Shown here in pieces: positions 26,887 through 37,753 of a DNA stretch of 64,000 bases. Position 1 is the stretch's first letter. The number at the start of each line of letters is the position of its first letter. The stretch lies in NCBI GenBank assembly GCA_041082245.1, contig JBDOIE010000006.1, positions 4,950 to 68,949 on the forward strand, read 5' to 3'. The notes beneath the pieces are model-generated. The model saw only the letters and a list, made by a program, of their open reading frames with translations, searched no databases and was not told the DNA's origin. Position numbers and translations under genes: made by a program. This stretch comes from Chloroflexia bacterium. Lineage in GTDB: Bacteria > Chloroflexota > Chloroflexia > DTKN01.

Positions 26887-28224
26887 TTGGAATCGCACGT
26901 TTTCTTGCGGCGCGCTTCTTTCCCTCATCCAACAGCGGTCCGGGGCGAAGGCGTCTACCTGTGGGACGCGGCCGGCCGGCGCTACCTCGATGGCTCCGGA
27001 GGGCCGGTGTGTGTGAACATCGGGCACGGCGTCCAGGAGGTCGCACGCGCGATGGCCGAGCAGGCCCAGGCCGTCGCCTATGTCCATGGCACCCTTTTTA
27101 CGACCGCTGCCCTGGAAACGTACAGCGCCCGGCTGGCACCCCACGTGCCGATGGACCGCCCGCGCTTCTACTTCCTCACGAGCGGTTCGGAGGCGGTCGA
27201 GGCGGCGATCAAGTTCGCCCGCCAGCTGCAGGTAGCCCGCGGGGAAGTTTCGCGCGAGGTCGTGATCGCGCGCTGGGGATCGTACCACGGGGCTACCCTG
27301 GGGGCGCTCGCCGTGACGGGAAAGCCTTCTATGCGCCGGCTTTTCGCCCCCCTGTTCCGCGACCAGCCGCACATCCCGCCCCCTTACTGTTACCGCTGCC
27401 CGTTCCACACCACCCACCCGGAGTGTGACCTCGCGTGTGCCCAGGCGCTGGAGACCGAAATCCTGCGCCAGGGGCCGGAGCGCGTGGCGGCGTTCCTTGC
27501 CGAACCGGTGAGCGGCGCCACCCTGGGGGCAGTCGTGCCGCCGCCCGGCTACTGGCCCCGCGTCCGGGAGATCTGCGACCGCTATGGGGTGCTCTTGATC
27601 GCCGACGAGGTGATGACCGGCTTCGGGCGCACCGGAAAATGGTTCGGCATCGAGCACTGGGGAGTCCAGCCCGACCTGATGACGCTGGGGAAAGGGGCTA
27701 CCGGTGGGTATTTCCCGCTTTCCATCCTCGCTGTGGCGGAAGCGCATGTCCGTACGGTCATCGAGGCCCACGGGGATTTTCAGCACGGCGGGACCTTCTC
27801 GCACCACGCGGTCGGCGCGGCGGCCGCGCTGGCGACGCTGGATTACCTGGAAAAGCACGATCTCGTGGCGGCCGCGGCTTCCCGCGGGGCGTATCTGGGC
27901 GCACGCCTTCGGGAGAGATTGGAAGATCTCCCCCACGTGGGCCAGGTGCGTGGCCTGGGGATGATGTGGGGAATCGAGTTCGTGGCCGACCGGGAAAGCC
28001 GTGCCCCGTTCCCGCCCGAGGCCCACGTGGCACAGCGGATCTGCGACCGGGCGTTCGAGCATGGACTGATCCTCTATCCCGGCCACGGAGGGGCGGACGG
28101 GATCCGTGGAGACCACTTCATGGTCGCACCGCCCTTTGTCATCACCGAGGCCCAGATCGACGAACTTGTCGATCGCCTCGCCGAGGCATGCCTGGAGGTT
28201 TTCTCCCACCTCTCCCCGGGCTAA
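26887..28224 (+). CDS. Class III aminotransferase (omega-transaminase family)
   Basis: ...LIADEVMTGFGRTGKWFG.... TTG start 8 nt after aggagg; a longer upstream ORF would overlap the thiolase. Confidence 0.7.
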   Translation: MESHVFLRRASFPHPTAVRGEGVYLWDAAGRRYLDGSGGPVCVNIGHGVQEVARAMAEQAQAVAYVHGTLFTTAALETYSARLAPHVPMDRPRFYFLTSGSEAVEAAIKFARQLQVARGEVSREVVIARWGSYHGATLGALAVTGKPSMRRLFAPLFRDQPHIPPPYCYRCPFHTTHPECDLACAQALETEILRQGPERVAAFLAEPVSGATLGAVVPPPGYWPRVREICDRYGVLLIADEVMTGFGRTGKWFGIEHWGVQPDLMTLGKGATGGYFPLSILAVAEAHVRTVIEAHGDFQHGGTFSHHAVGAAAALATLDYLEKHDLVAAAASRGAYLGARLRERLEDLPHVGQVRGLGMMWGIEFVADRESRAPFPPEAHVAQRICDRAFEHGLILYPGHGGADGIRGDHFMVAPPFVITEAQIDELVDRLAEACLEVFSHLSPG

Positions 28225-28461
28225 GGCCCTGACGCAGGAACACAAGCGTCATTGCCCCGTCCTTCCCCCTTTGGGTGAAGCCGTGAACCCCTTCTCGCCC
28301 CCTGCTGCGCGGCGGGAGAGAAGCCACGGGGACCGGGCGGGCAAAGTCCCTCTCTCCTCTTCGCCGAACGGCGAGCGGCGTAGAGGAAGGGGTCGGGAGT
28401 GAGCCGAGGCCCGGGCAGAGAGGCTTCCGTCCCAACTCGTGTCCGCACGTCCAAAGGCAAC

Positions 28462-28499
28462 TTGCGTATTTGGCCCCGCTCCTGTATAATGGGGCCAAA
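28462..28499 (+). promoter_or_regulatory. Promoter (TTGCGT, 17 bp, TATAAT) whose -10 is bracketed by a perfect 9-bp inverted repeat TTTGGCCCC...GGGGCCAAA (putative operator) upstream of the pyrD-like gene
   Basis: cttgcgtatttggccccgctcctgtataatggggccaaat. Confidence 0.45.
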
Positions 28500-29563
28500 T
28501 GTGCGGGATGATGCCGCTGACAGAAGCCCGACCTGGGCGTGGGGAAGAAGGATTGACGCCCGATCTAGAGGTTGACCTGGCGCCTCACTGTCCACGAGAA
28601 CTCCGACTGCGTAATCCGGTGATGGTCGCTTCGGGCTGTTTCGGCTACGGCCTGGAGTACGCCCACCTCCTGGACGTGCAGCGACTGGGAGCAATCGTCA
28701 CCAAGGGCACGACGTTGCGCCCGCGGGCCGGCAATCCCCCTCCCCGGCTCGTGGAGACCCCCTCGGGCCTGTTGAACTCCATCGGGCTGCAGAACCCGGG
28801 CGTGGAGAAGGTGGTGGTGGAGTATGCGCCGGTGTGGGCGCAATGGGCCGTGCCGGTCCTGGTGAACATCGCCGGCGAGACGGTCGAAGAATATGCCGAA
28901 CTGGCGCGTCGCCTGGACGAGGTCCCCGGAATCGCCGGACTGGAAGTGAACATCTCCTGCCCGAACGTGGACGCCGGAGGCCTGGCGTTCGGCACAGACC
29001 CGAGGACGGCAGCGGAAGTGACCCGCGCCGTACGGCGGGCGACCTCGCTTCCGCTTCTGGTGAAACTGACGCCGAACGTGGGGGACATCGTTGCGGTGGC
29101 CCGCGCGGTCGCCGAGGAAGGCGCGGACGCCCTGACGCTCATCAATACCTTGCGCGGGATGGCGATAGACGTCGAGGCGCGACGTCCCGTACTCCCCAGG
29201 GCAATCGGCGGGCTCTCGGGGCCGGCCATCCGGCCTGTTGCTCTGGCGATGGTCTACGAGGTCGCCGGAGCGGTGGACGTCCCGGTCGTAGGCGTCGGGG
29301 GCATCATGAACGCCCGCGATGCGCTCGAGTTTCTGCTCGCGGGAGCGACCGCGATCCAGATCGGGACAGCCTGTTTCCTCGATCCACAGGCTCCGCTGCG
29401 CGTGTTGGACGGGATGATCGCCTGGATGGAGAAAGAAGGCGTGCGGACCGTTGAGGAACTGATCGGCGCTGGGAGACAGAAAGGAGGACTCGGTGGCGAT
29501 CTGGGCAATCGCCCATCGGGGCGCTTCGGACAAGGCGCCGGAGAACACCCTGGCAGCCTTTGA
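28499..29563 (+). CDS. pyrD: Dihydroorotate dehydrogenase catalytic subunit, class 1 (PyrD-like; DHOD/DHPD family TIM barrel)
   Basis: ...[15 protein letters not shown]...[35 protein letters not shown]...NISCPN.... The C-terminal ~25 aa overlap the next gene. Confidence 0.75.
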   Translation: MCGMMPLTEARPGRGEEGLTPDLEVDLAPHCPRELRLRNPVMVASGCFGYGLEYAHLLDVQRLGAIVTKGTTLRPRAGNPPPRLVETPSGLLNSIGLQNPGVEKVVVEYAPVWAQWAVPVLVNIAGETVEEYAELARRLDEVPGIAGLEVNISCPNVDAGGLAFGTDPRTAAEVTRAVRRATSLPLLVKLTPNVGDIVAVARAVAEEGADALTLINTLRGMAIDVEARRPVLPRAIGGLSGPAIRPVALAMVYEVAGAVDVPVVGVGGIMNARDALEFLLAGATAIQIGTACFLDPQAPLRVLDGMIAWMEKEGVRTVEELIGAGRQKGGLGGDLGNRPSGRFGQGAGEHPGSL

Positions 29564-30200
29564 GCGCGCGCTCGAACAGGGAGCAGACGCCCTCGAATGC
29601 GATGTGCACCTATCCGCCGACGGCGAGGTGATCGTCATCCACGACGAGACGGTCGATCGCACGACCGATGGCCACGGGGCGGTGGCCGAAATGAGTTTGG
29701 CCGAACTGCAGCGTCTGGATGCCGGGGCCTGGAAGGATCGGCGCTTCGCTGGCCAGCGGATCCCGACCCTGGGCGAAGTTTCGGACCTCGTCCGTGGCCG
29801 GGCCCATCTCTTTGTCGAGCTGAAAGGGGCTTCCCCGGAGCTCCCGGCCCGGGTGGTGCAGGTGCTGCGGGAAAGAGGCATTGCCGAGCAGGCGTGGTTG
29901 TTCGCAGACGAGCGTCCGGTGCTGGAAGCGTTGCGAGAACTTGCGCCCGAGATGCACGTCCGCTGGCGCGAGGGTATGGAGTCGGGGGACTTTGTCCTGA
30001 CCTGGCCCGAGCGGCTGACCGAAGCTACAGTGGCTGTGTTCCGGGAACGTGGACTTCGTATTTTCACCACGATCCGGGACCAGATCGGGAACAACGAGGC
30101 GCGGGTGATCGCGGCGCGAATGGTGGAACTGAAAATCGACGGCATCATCTGCAACCGGATATGGTTGCTCCGTGAGGTGTTCGGTTCGGCAGTCCCTTGA
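29493..30200 (+). CDS. Glycerophosphodiester phosphodiesterase (GDPD/UgpQ-like)
   Basis: GTG-start [58 protein letters not shown] is the classic GDPD N-terminus. RBS aaggagga. Confidence 0.8.
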   Translation: MAIWAIAHRGASDKAPENTLAAFERALEQGADALECDVHLSADGEVIVIHDETVDRTTDGHGAVAEMSLAELQRLDAGAWKDRRFAGQRIPTLGEVSDLVRGRAHLFVELKGASPELPARVVQVLRERGIAEQAWLFADERPVLEALRELAPEMHVRWREGMESGDFVLTWPERLTEATVAVFRERGLRIFTTIRDQIGNNEARVIAARMVELKIDGIICNRIWLLREVFGSAVP

Positions 30201-30394
30201 GCGCGGCCGCCGAGCGTCACGAACGCGTGGCTAGGTCGCCAGAGTACCGCTGATCCTGTTGGGGCTTTTTCCGGCTGTGAGGCCGCGCTGTAGCTTCCCC
30301 GGTGCGTCACTCGATCCAAGCAGCCTGCACCAGCCGTGCGGGTTTTCAGGCGCCATCGGAGAGCGAGCCCCATGCCGTTAGAGGGCGGGGCTTT

Positions 30395-30988
<594 letters not shown>

Positions 30989-31028
30989 AGCCTGCACGGC
31001 CCCGAAGCACCGCCAGGAGGGCTTTCCC

Positions 31029-31628
31029 TTGGTCGTATCCGGCTCTCCCCGCTGTCCGTCCTGCGGCGCGGACCTGGGCTGGGGGGAGAAGGAATGCCCC
31101 TACTGCGGCACGGTGCTGTTCCCCCGGAAGCCCGCCCTCCCTGGGGGCATCCTGAGCGGGCCTTTCCCGCGCCGCCTGCGTGTCGAGCGGCGAGGACTCT
31201 TGCGGGCCCAGCACGCGCTCTACGATGGCGAGATCTACCTGGGGAGCTTTACCCAGAGCTGGCCGGCTGGGGTACGCTTCTCCTCCCCGCAAGGGTATCG
31301 CTACCGTACCCTGCGCAAGCGGCTGTTTCGGCTTGTGCTGCACTGGAAGTGCGGGCCACAGCTCGTCGCGTGGGTGGAACAACCCTACCCCTGGATCCGG
31401 CGTTACCGGTTGCAGTACGGCGGGGCCTCATACTGTCTGAGCGCCCTGTCGCCGATGTCCCTTTCCTTCGTGCTTCGAGACGAGTCGGACCGATATCTGG
31501 CGGAACTCCGGCCGGCCTCGCTCTTTCGTCCCCCTTCTATCACAGTGCACGCCCCGCTTGCGCTGGAGCTTCTGGCACTGGCCTATGCCACAGCGCTCGT
31601 CTTCTGGCGGCAGGCGGGAAGCGCCTAA
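31029..31628 (+). CDS. Hypothetical protein with N-terminal zinc-ribbon (CxxC...CxxC)
   Basis: [31 protein letters not shown].... No family recognised. Convergent, with a 4-bp overlap to the dnaJ-like gene. Confidence 0.45.
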   Translation: MVVSGSPRCPSCGADLGWGEKECPYCGTVLFPRKPALPGGILSGPFPRRLRVERRGLLRAQHALYDGEIYLGSFTQSWPAGVRFSSPQGYRYRTLRKRLFRLVLHWKCGPQLVAWVEQPYPWIRRYRLQYGGASYCLSALSPMSLSFVLRDESDRYLAELRPASLFRPPSITVHAPLALELLALAYATALVFWRQAGSA

Positions 31629-32596
31629 GAACGTGTGCGGCGCAGCTCGGCTAACCGCTGGAAGAGTTGTCGTTCTTCCGGGGAAAGGTCGCAAGGCAGC
31701 CGCACGGATACCGTCGCGTACAGGTCGCCGTACTGGCCCGGAGCCTTGAGCTTGGGCATACCCTGTCCGCGCAACACGAAGGTCCGGCCGTTCTGCGTCT
31801 CCGGAGGGATACGGAGCCGCAGGCGGGTCCCCTTGAGCGTGGGAACGTCGACCTCCCCCCCGAGGATCGCTGTATAGAGGTCGAGGGGGAGCTGAAGGTA
31901 CAGGTCGTCCCCTTTACGCTCGAAGTGCGGGTGAGGGCTGATGTGGATGACCAAGTAAAGGTCTGCGCCTCCATCGCCGGCCGCGATATGCACCCGCGAA
32001 CCGTTGTCCACACCGGGCGGGATCTTGACCTCGAGCCGGCGCACACGTCCGTCGGCCTCCTGCAACTGGATCACGCGCTGTGTGCCGCGGTAGGCCTCTT
32101 CGAGCGTGATCTCCACCGGCTGCTCCAGGCTGGGCGCGCGTGCGGCGCGCCGGGCGGTCGTCCGGCGCGTGCGTGCCCCTGTGGGCATCCCCCCGAAGAA
32201 AAAGGAGAAAAAGTCCGAGAAGGGGCTTTCGCCGAAGATCTCCTGCAGTTCTTCGGGCGTCACAGTACGGTACTGAAACCCTCCCCCCGGCTGGCCGGCC
32301 CAGGCACCGCCAGGCGCCCAGCCGAAGGGCCACGAGGCCGCGTCCCCACCGGCCCGCTGCCACTGCTCGAACTCCTTCCATCGGCTGCCCAGTTCGTCGT
32401 AACGGCGGCGCTTCTCAGGGTCGCTCAACACCTCGTAGGCCTCGTTGATCTCTTTGAAGCGCTCTTCCGCCGCTTTGTCCCCCGGGTTCATATCCGGGTG
32501 GTATTTGCGCGCGAGTCGCCGGTAGGCCTTTTTGATATCCGCCTCGCTCGCATCCCGCGGTACACCGAGGATCTGATAATAGTCCTTGTACTCCAT
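31625..32596 (-). CDS. cbpA: DnaJ-class chaperone without zinc finger (CbpA-like curved-DNA-binding protein)
   Basis: [40 protein letters not shown] has a J-domain with HPD, then C-terminal DnaJ CTD repeats and no CxxCxGxG. Confidence 0.8.
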   Translation of the reverse strand: MEYKDYYQILGVPRDASEADIKKAYRRLARKYHPDMNPGDKAAEERFKEINEAYEVLSDPEKRRRYDELGSRWKEFEQWQRAGGDAASWPFGWAPGGAWAGQPGGGFQYRTVTPEELQEIFGESPFSDFFSFFFGGMPTGARTRRTTARRAARAPSLEQPVEITLEEAYRGTQRVIQLQEADGRVRRLEVKIPPGVDNGSRVHIAAGDGGADLYLVIHISPHPHFERKGDDLYLQLPLDLYTAILGGEVDVPTLKGTRLRLRIPPETQNGRTFVLRGQGMPKLKAPGQYGDLYATVSVRLPCDLSPEERQLFQRLAELRRTRS

Positions 32597-32860
32597 CGCT
32601 TCCTCACCTATCCCTACAGTGTCGTGTACGATTCTACCATACCCGCCACGGTTTCACAACCGGAGCTCCGGTTTCCAACGAACTGTCCCATGGTGGCGAG
32701 GCGAACACAGCGATTTTCGAAGGGGGCTGGGTACCATGGGCTTCCGATCTGGGCCAGCGGGGGCTATGGTTTCACAACTCGCTTGCAGAACGCAGACCTC
32801 TGTGGTATCCTTTGAGGCAAGAAGTTGCCGGCATCGTACATCTCCCGCGAGGTGGAAATG

Positions 32861-33358
32861 GAACGGATGTTTACCCCCTGGCGCATGGCTTACATCGCCG
32901 GTCCGCACGAGCGCGGCTGCATCCTGTGCGAGAAACCGGGCGAGGACAAAGACCGCGATAACCTGATCGTGTACCGCGGGGAGCAGTGCTACGTGCTCCT
33001 GAACCTGTACCCCTACAACAACGGCCATCTGATGATCGCCCCCTACGCGCACATCGCAACTCTGGAAGACCTTCCCCCGGAAACGGCTGCGGAAATGATC
33101 CACCTCACGCAGAAGAGCATCCGGGCGCTCCGGCGCGCGCTTTCGCCGCACGGCTTCAATATCGGTATGAACCTGGGCCGAGTGGCCGGAGCCGGTATCG
33201 CCGATCACGTGCATCTCCACGTTGTCCCCCGGTGGCAGGGCGACACGAACTTTATGCCGCTGATCTGTGGTACCAAGTTGATCCCCGAATGGCTCGACGA
33301 GACGTACGAGAAACTCTACCGCGCATTCCAGGACCTGGAAAGGAACCCCCAGGACTGA
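32861..33358 (+). CDS. HIT-family hydrolase (Ap4A-hydrolase / galactose-1-phosphate-uridylyltransferase-like branch)
   Basis: ...GIADHVHLHVVPRW is the HxHxHxx histidine-triad motif. RBS gaggtgga before ATG 32861. Confidence 0.75.
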   Translation, partial: ERMFTPWRMAYIAGPHERGCILCEKPGEDKDRDNLIVYRGEQCYVLLNLYPYNNGHLMIAPYAHIATLEDLPPETAAEMIHLTQKSIRALRRALSPHGFNIGMNLGRVAGAGIADHVHLHVVPRWQGDTNFMPLICGTKLIPEWLDETYEKLYRAFQDLERNPQD

Positions 33359-33370
33359 GCGGCGCGAGTG

Positions 33371-33435
33371 TTTGCAAAACGTCGCTAAACGTGCTATACT
33401 ATGGGCAACAGCCGTTCGAAAGTGGGGTTGCCCCA
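33371..33435 (+). promoter_or_regulatory. Promoter (TTTGCA, 18 bp, TATACT) and leader hairpin upstream of nusA
   Basis: tttgcaaaacgtcgctaaacgtgctatact, then hairpin gggcaacagccgttcgaaagtggggttgccc. Confidence 0.4.
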
Positions 33436-33526
33436 CTTTTCTTTTGTCCGGCCCCGGCAAGACCAGGAAGGTTAGGTAAAACGGACGTCGAATCGCTCCT
33501 TTGGGGACGGGCGACGAGGTGATAGG

Positions 33527-34900
33527 ATGAAGAGCGAGTTCTACGCAGCAGTGGCACAGATCTCTTCGGAGCGGGGCATTTCGCCCGAGGAGATCCTGGA
33601 CAAAGTCGAACAGGCGCTCATCTCGGCGTACAAGCGCCGTTTCGGAGCGGCACAAAACGTCAGTGTGCGGATCGACCTCGCCACAGGCGAGGCCAAGGTG
33701 TTCGCCGAAAAGCGGGTGGTCGAACAGGTGACCGACCCGCGCGAGGAGATCTCGCTCGCGGAAGCTCGCCGACTGGTGCCCAATGTGACCGTGGGCCAGG
33801 CGATCAGCATCGAAGCAACACCCCGTGACTTTGGACGTATCGCTGCTCAGACGGCGCGCCAGGTGTTCCTGCAGCAGATCCGCGAAGCGGAACGCAACAA
33901 AGTCGTGGGGGAGTTCGCGGGCCGCGTGGGGGAAATGGTCACCGGTGTGGTACGGCGGATCACCCCGCAGGGGATTTACCTGACCGCCGACCGGGCGGAG
34001 CTCTTTATGCCTGCCCGCGAGCAGATCGCCAGCGAACACTACCGCATCGGGCAGCACCTGAAAGTGTACGTGACCGAAGTCCGGGACGACAAGCGCGGTC
34101 CACAGATCGTCGTCTCCCGTTCCCACCCAAAGCTTGTGGAGCGGCTCTTCGAGATGGAAGTCCCCGAAGTGCTGCGGGGGGCGGTCGAGATCGTTGCCCT
34201 GGCTCGCGAACCCGGCGTGCGCACCAAGGTCGCGGTGCGAGCCACGCAACCCGGGGTGGATCCGGTCGGCTCTTGCGTCGGACAGCGGGGAGTGCGGATC
34301 CAGAACGTCGTGAACGCCCTGAACGGAGAAAAGATCGACGTGGTGCCCTGGAGCGCCGACCCGACGGTCTTTATCGCCAACGCTCTGTCGCCTGCCACAG
34401 TGGTGGAGGTGCAGCTGGACGAGGAAAGCCATACGGCCACCGTTGTGGTGCCGGACAAAGCGCTCTCACTCGCCATTGGCAAAGAGGGGCAGAACGCCCG
34501 CCTGGCGGCGCGGCTGACCGGGTGGCGCATCGACATCAAGAGCCTTTCCACGCTGCTCGAAGAAGGGGAAACCGTGGAGACAGCCGAAGGGCAGACCGTG
34601 GAACAGGCCGTGCTGGTGCACGACCCGGAACTCGCTTCGGCGGCGGAAGAGACGCGGCGCGTGCGGTCCGACGGCATGGTGATCTACCAGAAAGTGGCGT
34701 ACGGACCACTTCCGGAAGCTTACCGCAACCGCACGGTGACCGTGCGTGCGACCTCGCAAGGGGTATATGTGTACGACGGCGAACAGTTGGTGAGCTCCTT
34801 CCACCGGGGCGGGGAAAAAGCGACTGCTCCCCAGGCGCCGACCCGGCGGTCTGCCTCTACCTTCGAGCCGGAGGCGCCTTCCAGGCCCTCCGAGACGTAA
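33527..34900 (+). CDS. nusA: Transcription termination/antitermination factor NusA
   Basis: MKSEFYAAVAQISSERGISPEEILDKVEQALISAYKRRFG.... S1 and KH domains. Conserved position before ylxR-infB. Confidence 0.9.
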   Translation: MKSEFYAAVAQISSERGISPEEILDKVEQALISAYKRRFGAAQNVSVRIDLATGEAKVFAEKRVVEQVTDPREEISLAEARRLVPNVTVGQAISIEATPRDFGRIAAQTARQVFLQQIREAERNKVVGEFAGRVGEMVTGVVRRITPQGIYLTADRAELFMPAREQIASEHYRIGQHLKVYVTEVRDDKRGPQIVVSRSHPKLVERLFEMEVPEVLRGAVEIVALAREPGVRTKVAVRATQPGVDPVGSCVGQRGVRIQNVVNALNGEKIDVVPWSADPTVFIANALSPATVVEVQLDEESHTATVVVPDKALSLAIGKEGQNARLAARLTGWRIDIKSLSTLLEEGETVETAEGQTVEQAVLVHDPELASAAEETRRVRSDGMVIYQKVAYGPLPEAYRNRTVTVRATSQGVYVYDGEQLVSSFHRGGEKATAPQAPTRRSASTFEPEAPSRPSET

Positions 34901-35032
34901 GGGGGACCGGGGACAACGTTGCCTTTGCGGTAGATCGGTGACGGGCCCCAACCCTGGAATGGATGAAGCAGGAGGTCAAGGTGCACCGGGCAGGAGAGCG
35001 CCCGGAGTATCTCTGGCGCGTGGAGGGGAAGC

Positions 35033-35422
35033 ATGGGCAAGCCTAAGGGCCGGCCGCGCCATATACCGGAGCGCACCTGTACGGCCTGCCGCAGGAAGCA
35101 GGCCAAACGCGGCCTGATCCGTATCGTGCGCACCGTCGATGGGCAGGTCGAGGTAGACCCGACCGGCCGCCGACCCGGACGGGGAGCTTACCTTTGTCCC
35201 GATCCGGCTTGCTGGGAAAATGCGCTGAAACGGAAGGTCCTGAACCGGGCGTTGCGCGTCGTGCTGACCCCGGAAGAGATCGAGAGATTGCGTTCTTATG
35301 CCCAGAGCCTGAAGGAGCAGGCCAGGGTTTCGGGATCTGGCCTGCCTGAATACGACCCGGATAGGGTTCAGACCCAGGACGGTGAAGGAATGTCCGCGGT
35401 CCCTGCGGAGCACAGGTCCTGA
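35033..35422 (+). CDS. ylxR: YlxR/DUF448 family RNA-binding protein
   Basis: MGKPKGRPRHIPERTCTACRRKQAKRGLIRIVR...GRGAYLCPDPACWENALKRK. Confidence 0.85.
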   Translation: MGKPKGRPRHIPERTCTACRRKQAKRGLIRIVRTVDGQVEVDPTGRRPGRGAYLCPDPACWENALKRKVLNRALRVVLTPEEIERLRSYAQSLKEQARVSGSGLPEYDPDRVQTQDGEGMSAVPAEHRS

Positions 35423-35431
35423 GGAGGAAGA

Positions 35432-37351
35432 ATGCCCAAGAAGAAACGACCACCGCTTCGGGAAGAAGATCTCTGGGAAGAGGAAGACGCTGACAAGCCC
35501 CGCGTAGTGCGTCCTGCTCGCGGCGAGGCTCGCCCGGTGGTGCGCGCCCGGCCAGCCGGTACCCTCTCCAGCACCGTGCGGCGTCCCCCGGCCAGGCCGG
35601 TGGAGCTGCCTTCTCTGCTTACCGTCAAAGAGTTGAGCGAACGCCTTGGGGTCAGCGCCGTCGATGTGATCAAGACGCTCATGAAGAGCGGCATCATGGC
35701 CAACATCAACCAGCAGATCGACTACGACACGGCGGCGATCGTGGCCTCGGACCTCGGATTCGAGACCGTGGAAGCTGTTCCCCCGCAGGCCGAAGAGGAA
35801 AAGGCTGCTCCCGCGCCCGCGGAAGATCTGGAAGCCGTTCCGCGCCCGCCGGTAGTGACGATCATGGGCCACGTCGACCATGGCAAGACGAAGCTGCTCG
35901 ACGCCATCCGCCAGACGAACGTCGCCGAAGGGGAGGTTGGCGGCATTACCCAGCACATCGGCGCCTACCAGATCGAGGTACGCGGCAAGCGCATCACCTT
36001 CCTCGATACCCCGGGCCACGAGGCGTTCACGGCGATGCGCGCCCGGGGAGCCCAGGTCACCGACATCGTGGTGCTCGTCGTCGCTGCCGACGATGGGGTC
36101 AAGCCCCAGACACTGGAGGCGATTTCCCACGTCAAGGCGGCGCGTGTGCCGATCATCGTCGCGATCAACAAGATCGACAAGCCGGAGGCCAATCCGGCGT
36201 TGGTCAAGCAGCAGCTGGCCGAGGCCGGCGTGATCGTGGAAGAGTACGGCGGGGATGCACCGTGTGTGGAAGTCTCGGCCAAGATGAAATGGCACATCGA
36301 GGACCTGCTGGACATGATCCTCCTTGTGGCCGAACTACAGGAACTGAAGGCAAACCCGAACAAACCCGCTGTGGGCACGATCATCGAGGCGGAGCTCGAC
36401 CGAGCCCGCGGGCCGATCGCGACGGTCCTCGTGCGGGAGGGGACACTCCGGCTCAAGGATACCGTGGTGGTCGGGGAAACCTACGGCAAAGTGCGCGCCA
36501 TGATGACGGACACCGGCCGTCGGGTGAAAAAGGCCGATCCGGCGATGCCGGTGGTCATCATGGGGTTGAACGACGTGCCAAACGCGGGCGATACCCTCCA
36601 AGTGGTTCCGGACGAGCGCACCGCGCGCGAGATCGCCCTCGCCCGACAGCGACAGCGGGAGGCCGAGCGGATCCGTGCCCAGCGGGCCGTGTCGCTGGAC
36701 GACCTGTTCAACCAGATCCGCGAGGGCGAGATCAAAGAACTGAACATCATCCTGAAGGCCGATGTCCAGGGCTCCATCGGGGCGATCGAACATGCGCTGA
36801 ACAAGCTGAACGAGGACGGCGGAGAGGTCAAGGTCAACATCCTGCACAAGGCGACGGGAGCGATCACCGAGTCGGATGTGATGCTGGCCGTGGCCTCCCG
36901 TGCGATCATCATCGGCTTTAACGCGCGGCCCGATCCAGCTGCCCGGCGCGCCGCGGAGCGCGAAGGGGTAGATATCCGCTTCTACAACATCATCTACGAA
37001 CTCGTGGACGATGTGAAAAAGGCCATGCAGGGCATGCTCGCCCCCAAGATGCGCGAGGTCGTGGACGGCTACGCAGAGGTGCGCCAGATTTTCCACCTGC
37101 CGGGCAAGATCGTGGCGGCCGGCCTCTACGTGACCGAGGGCAAGGCGCTCCGCAACGACCGGGCCCGCGTCCTGCGGGGCGGGGTCGTGATCCACGAAGG
37201 CCCCCTGGCCTCGCTCAAGCGGTTCAAGGACGACGTACGCGAGGTGGCAGCCGGCTACGAATGCGGCGCGACTTTGAGCGAGTTCAACGACATCCAAGTA
37301 GGGGATGTGTTGGAGTTCTTCCACGTGGAAGAGGTACCGGCGGCCGGATAA
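35432..37351 (+). CDS. infB: Translation initiation factor IF-2
   Basis: G-domain [30 protein letters not shown]. 639 aa. Confidence 0.95.
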   Translation: MPKKKRPPLREEDLWEEEDADKPRVVRPARGEARPVVRARPAGTLSSTVRRPPARPVELPSLLTVKELSERLGVSAVDVIKTLMKSGIMANINQQIDYDTAAIVASDLGFETVEAVPPQAEEEKAAPAPAEDLEAVPRPPVVTIMGHVDHGKTKLLDAIRQTNVAEGEVGGITQHIGAYQIEVRGKRITFLDTPGHEAFTAMRARGAQVTDIVVLVVAADDGVKPQTLEAISHVKAARVPIIVAINKIDKPEANPALVKQQLAEAGVIVEEYGGDAPCVEVSAKMKWHIEDLLDMILLVAELQELKANPNKPAVGTIIEAELDRARGPIATVLVREGTLRLKDTVVVGETYGKVRAMMTDTGRRVKKADPAMPVVIMGLNDVPNAGDTLQVVPDERTAREIALARQRQREAERIRAQRAVSLDDLFNQIREGEIKELNIILKADVQGSIGAIEHALNKLNEDGGEVKVNILHKATGAITESDVMLAVASRAIIIGFNARPDPAARRAAEREGVDIRFYNIIYELVDDVKKAMQGMLAPKMREVVDGYAEVRQIFHLPGKIVAAGLYVTEGKALRNDRARVLRGGVVIHEGPLASLKRFKDDVREVAAGYECGATLSEFNDIQVGDVLEFFHVEEVPAAG

Positions 37352-37369
37352 CAGCCCACGAGCGGGATC

Positions 37370-37750
37370 ATGGATGGGGCAGCGATGCCTTCGCGACGCA
37401 CGGTTCAGGTAGCCAGTCTGATCCTGCAGGAACTGAGCCTCCTCCTGCAGCGGGAGATCAAGGACCCGGGGATCGGGTTCGTCACCCTGACCGATGTGGA
37501 GGTCAGCCCGGACCTGCGGGCGGCGCGCGTCTACTTCAGCGTCCTGGGCGACGAACAGGCCGTCCAGGAGTCCCATCAGGCCCTGGAGCGGGCGAGCGGT
37601 TTCCTCCGCCACGAACTGGCGCAGCGGCTGACCCTCCGTGTCGTCCCGGAGCTCCACTTTGTACGCGACCGCTCCATCGAGCGCGGCCAGCGGATCCGTG
37701 ATCTGCTCCGTCAGATCGAGGAGGAGCGCAAGCCCTCCGAAGAGGGGTAA
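37370..37750 (+). CDS. rbfA: Ribosome-binding factor A
   Basis: ...RRTVQVASLILQELSLLLQREIKDPGIGFVTLTDVEVSPDLRAARVYFSV.... The start may be the downstream ATG near 37385. Confidence 0.85.
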   Translation: MDGAAMPSRRTVQVASLILQELSLLLQREIKDPGIGFVTLTDVEVSPDLRAARVYFSVLGDEQAVQESHQALERASGFLRHELAQRLTLRVVPELHFVRDRSIERGQRIRDLLRQIEEERKPSEEG

Positions 37751-37753
37751 CCG

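Noticed and set aside
28356-28386. Imperfect hairpin ~140 nt downstream of the second aminotransferase
   Set aside because: One mismatch in the stem, no T-tract, and too far from the stop to call a terminator. It may simply be part of the pyrD promoter region.
32654-34432. 592-aa minus-strand ORF
   Set aside because: Antisense to the HIT and nusA genes, which have unmistakable conserved sequences. It is a high-GC artefact.
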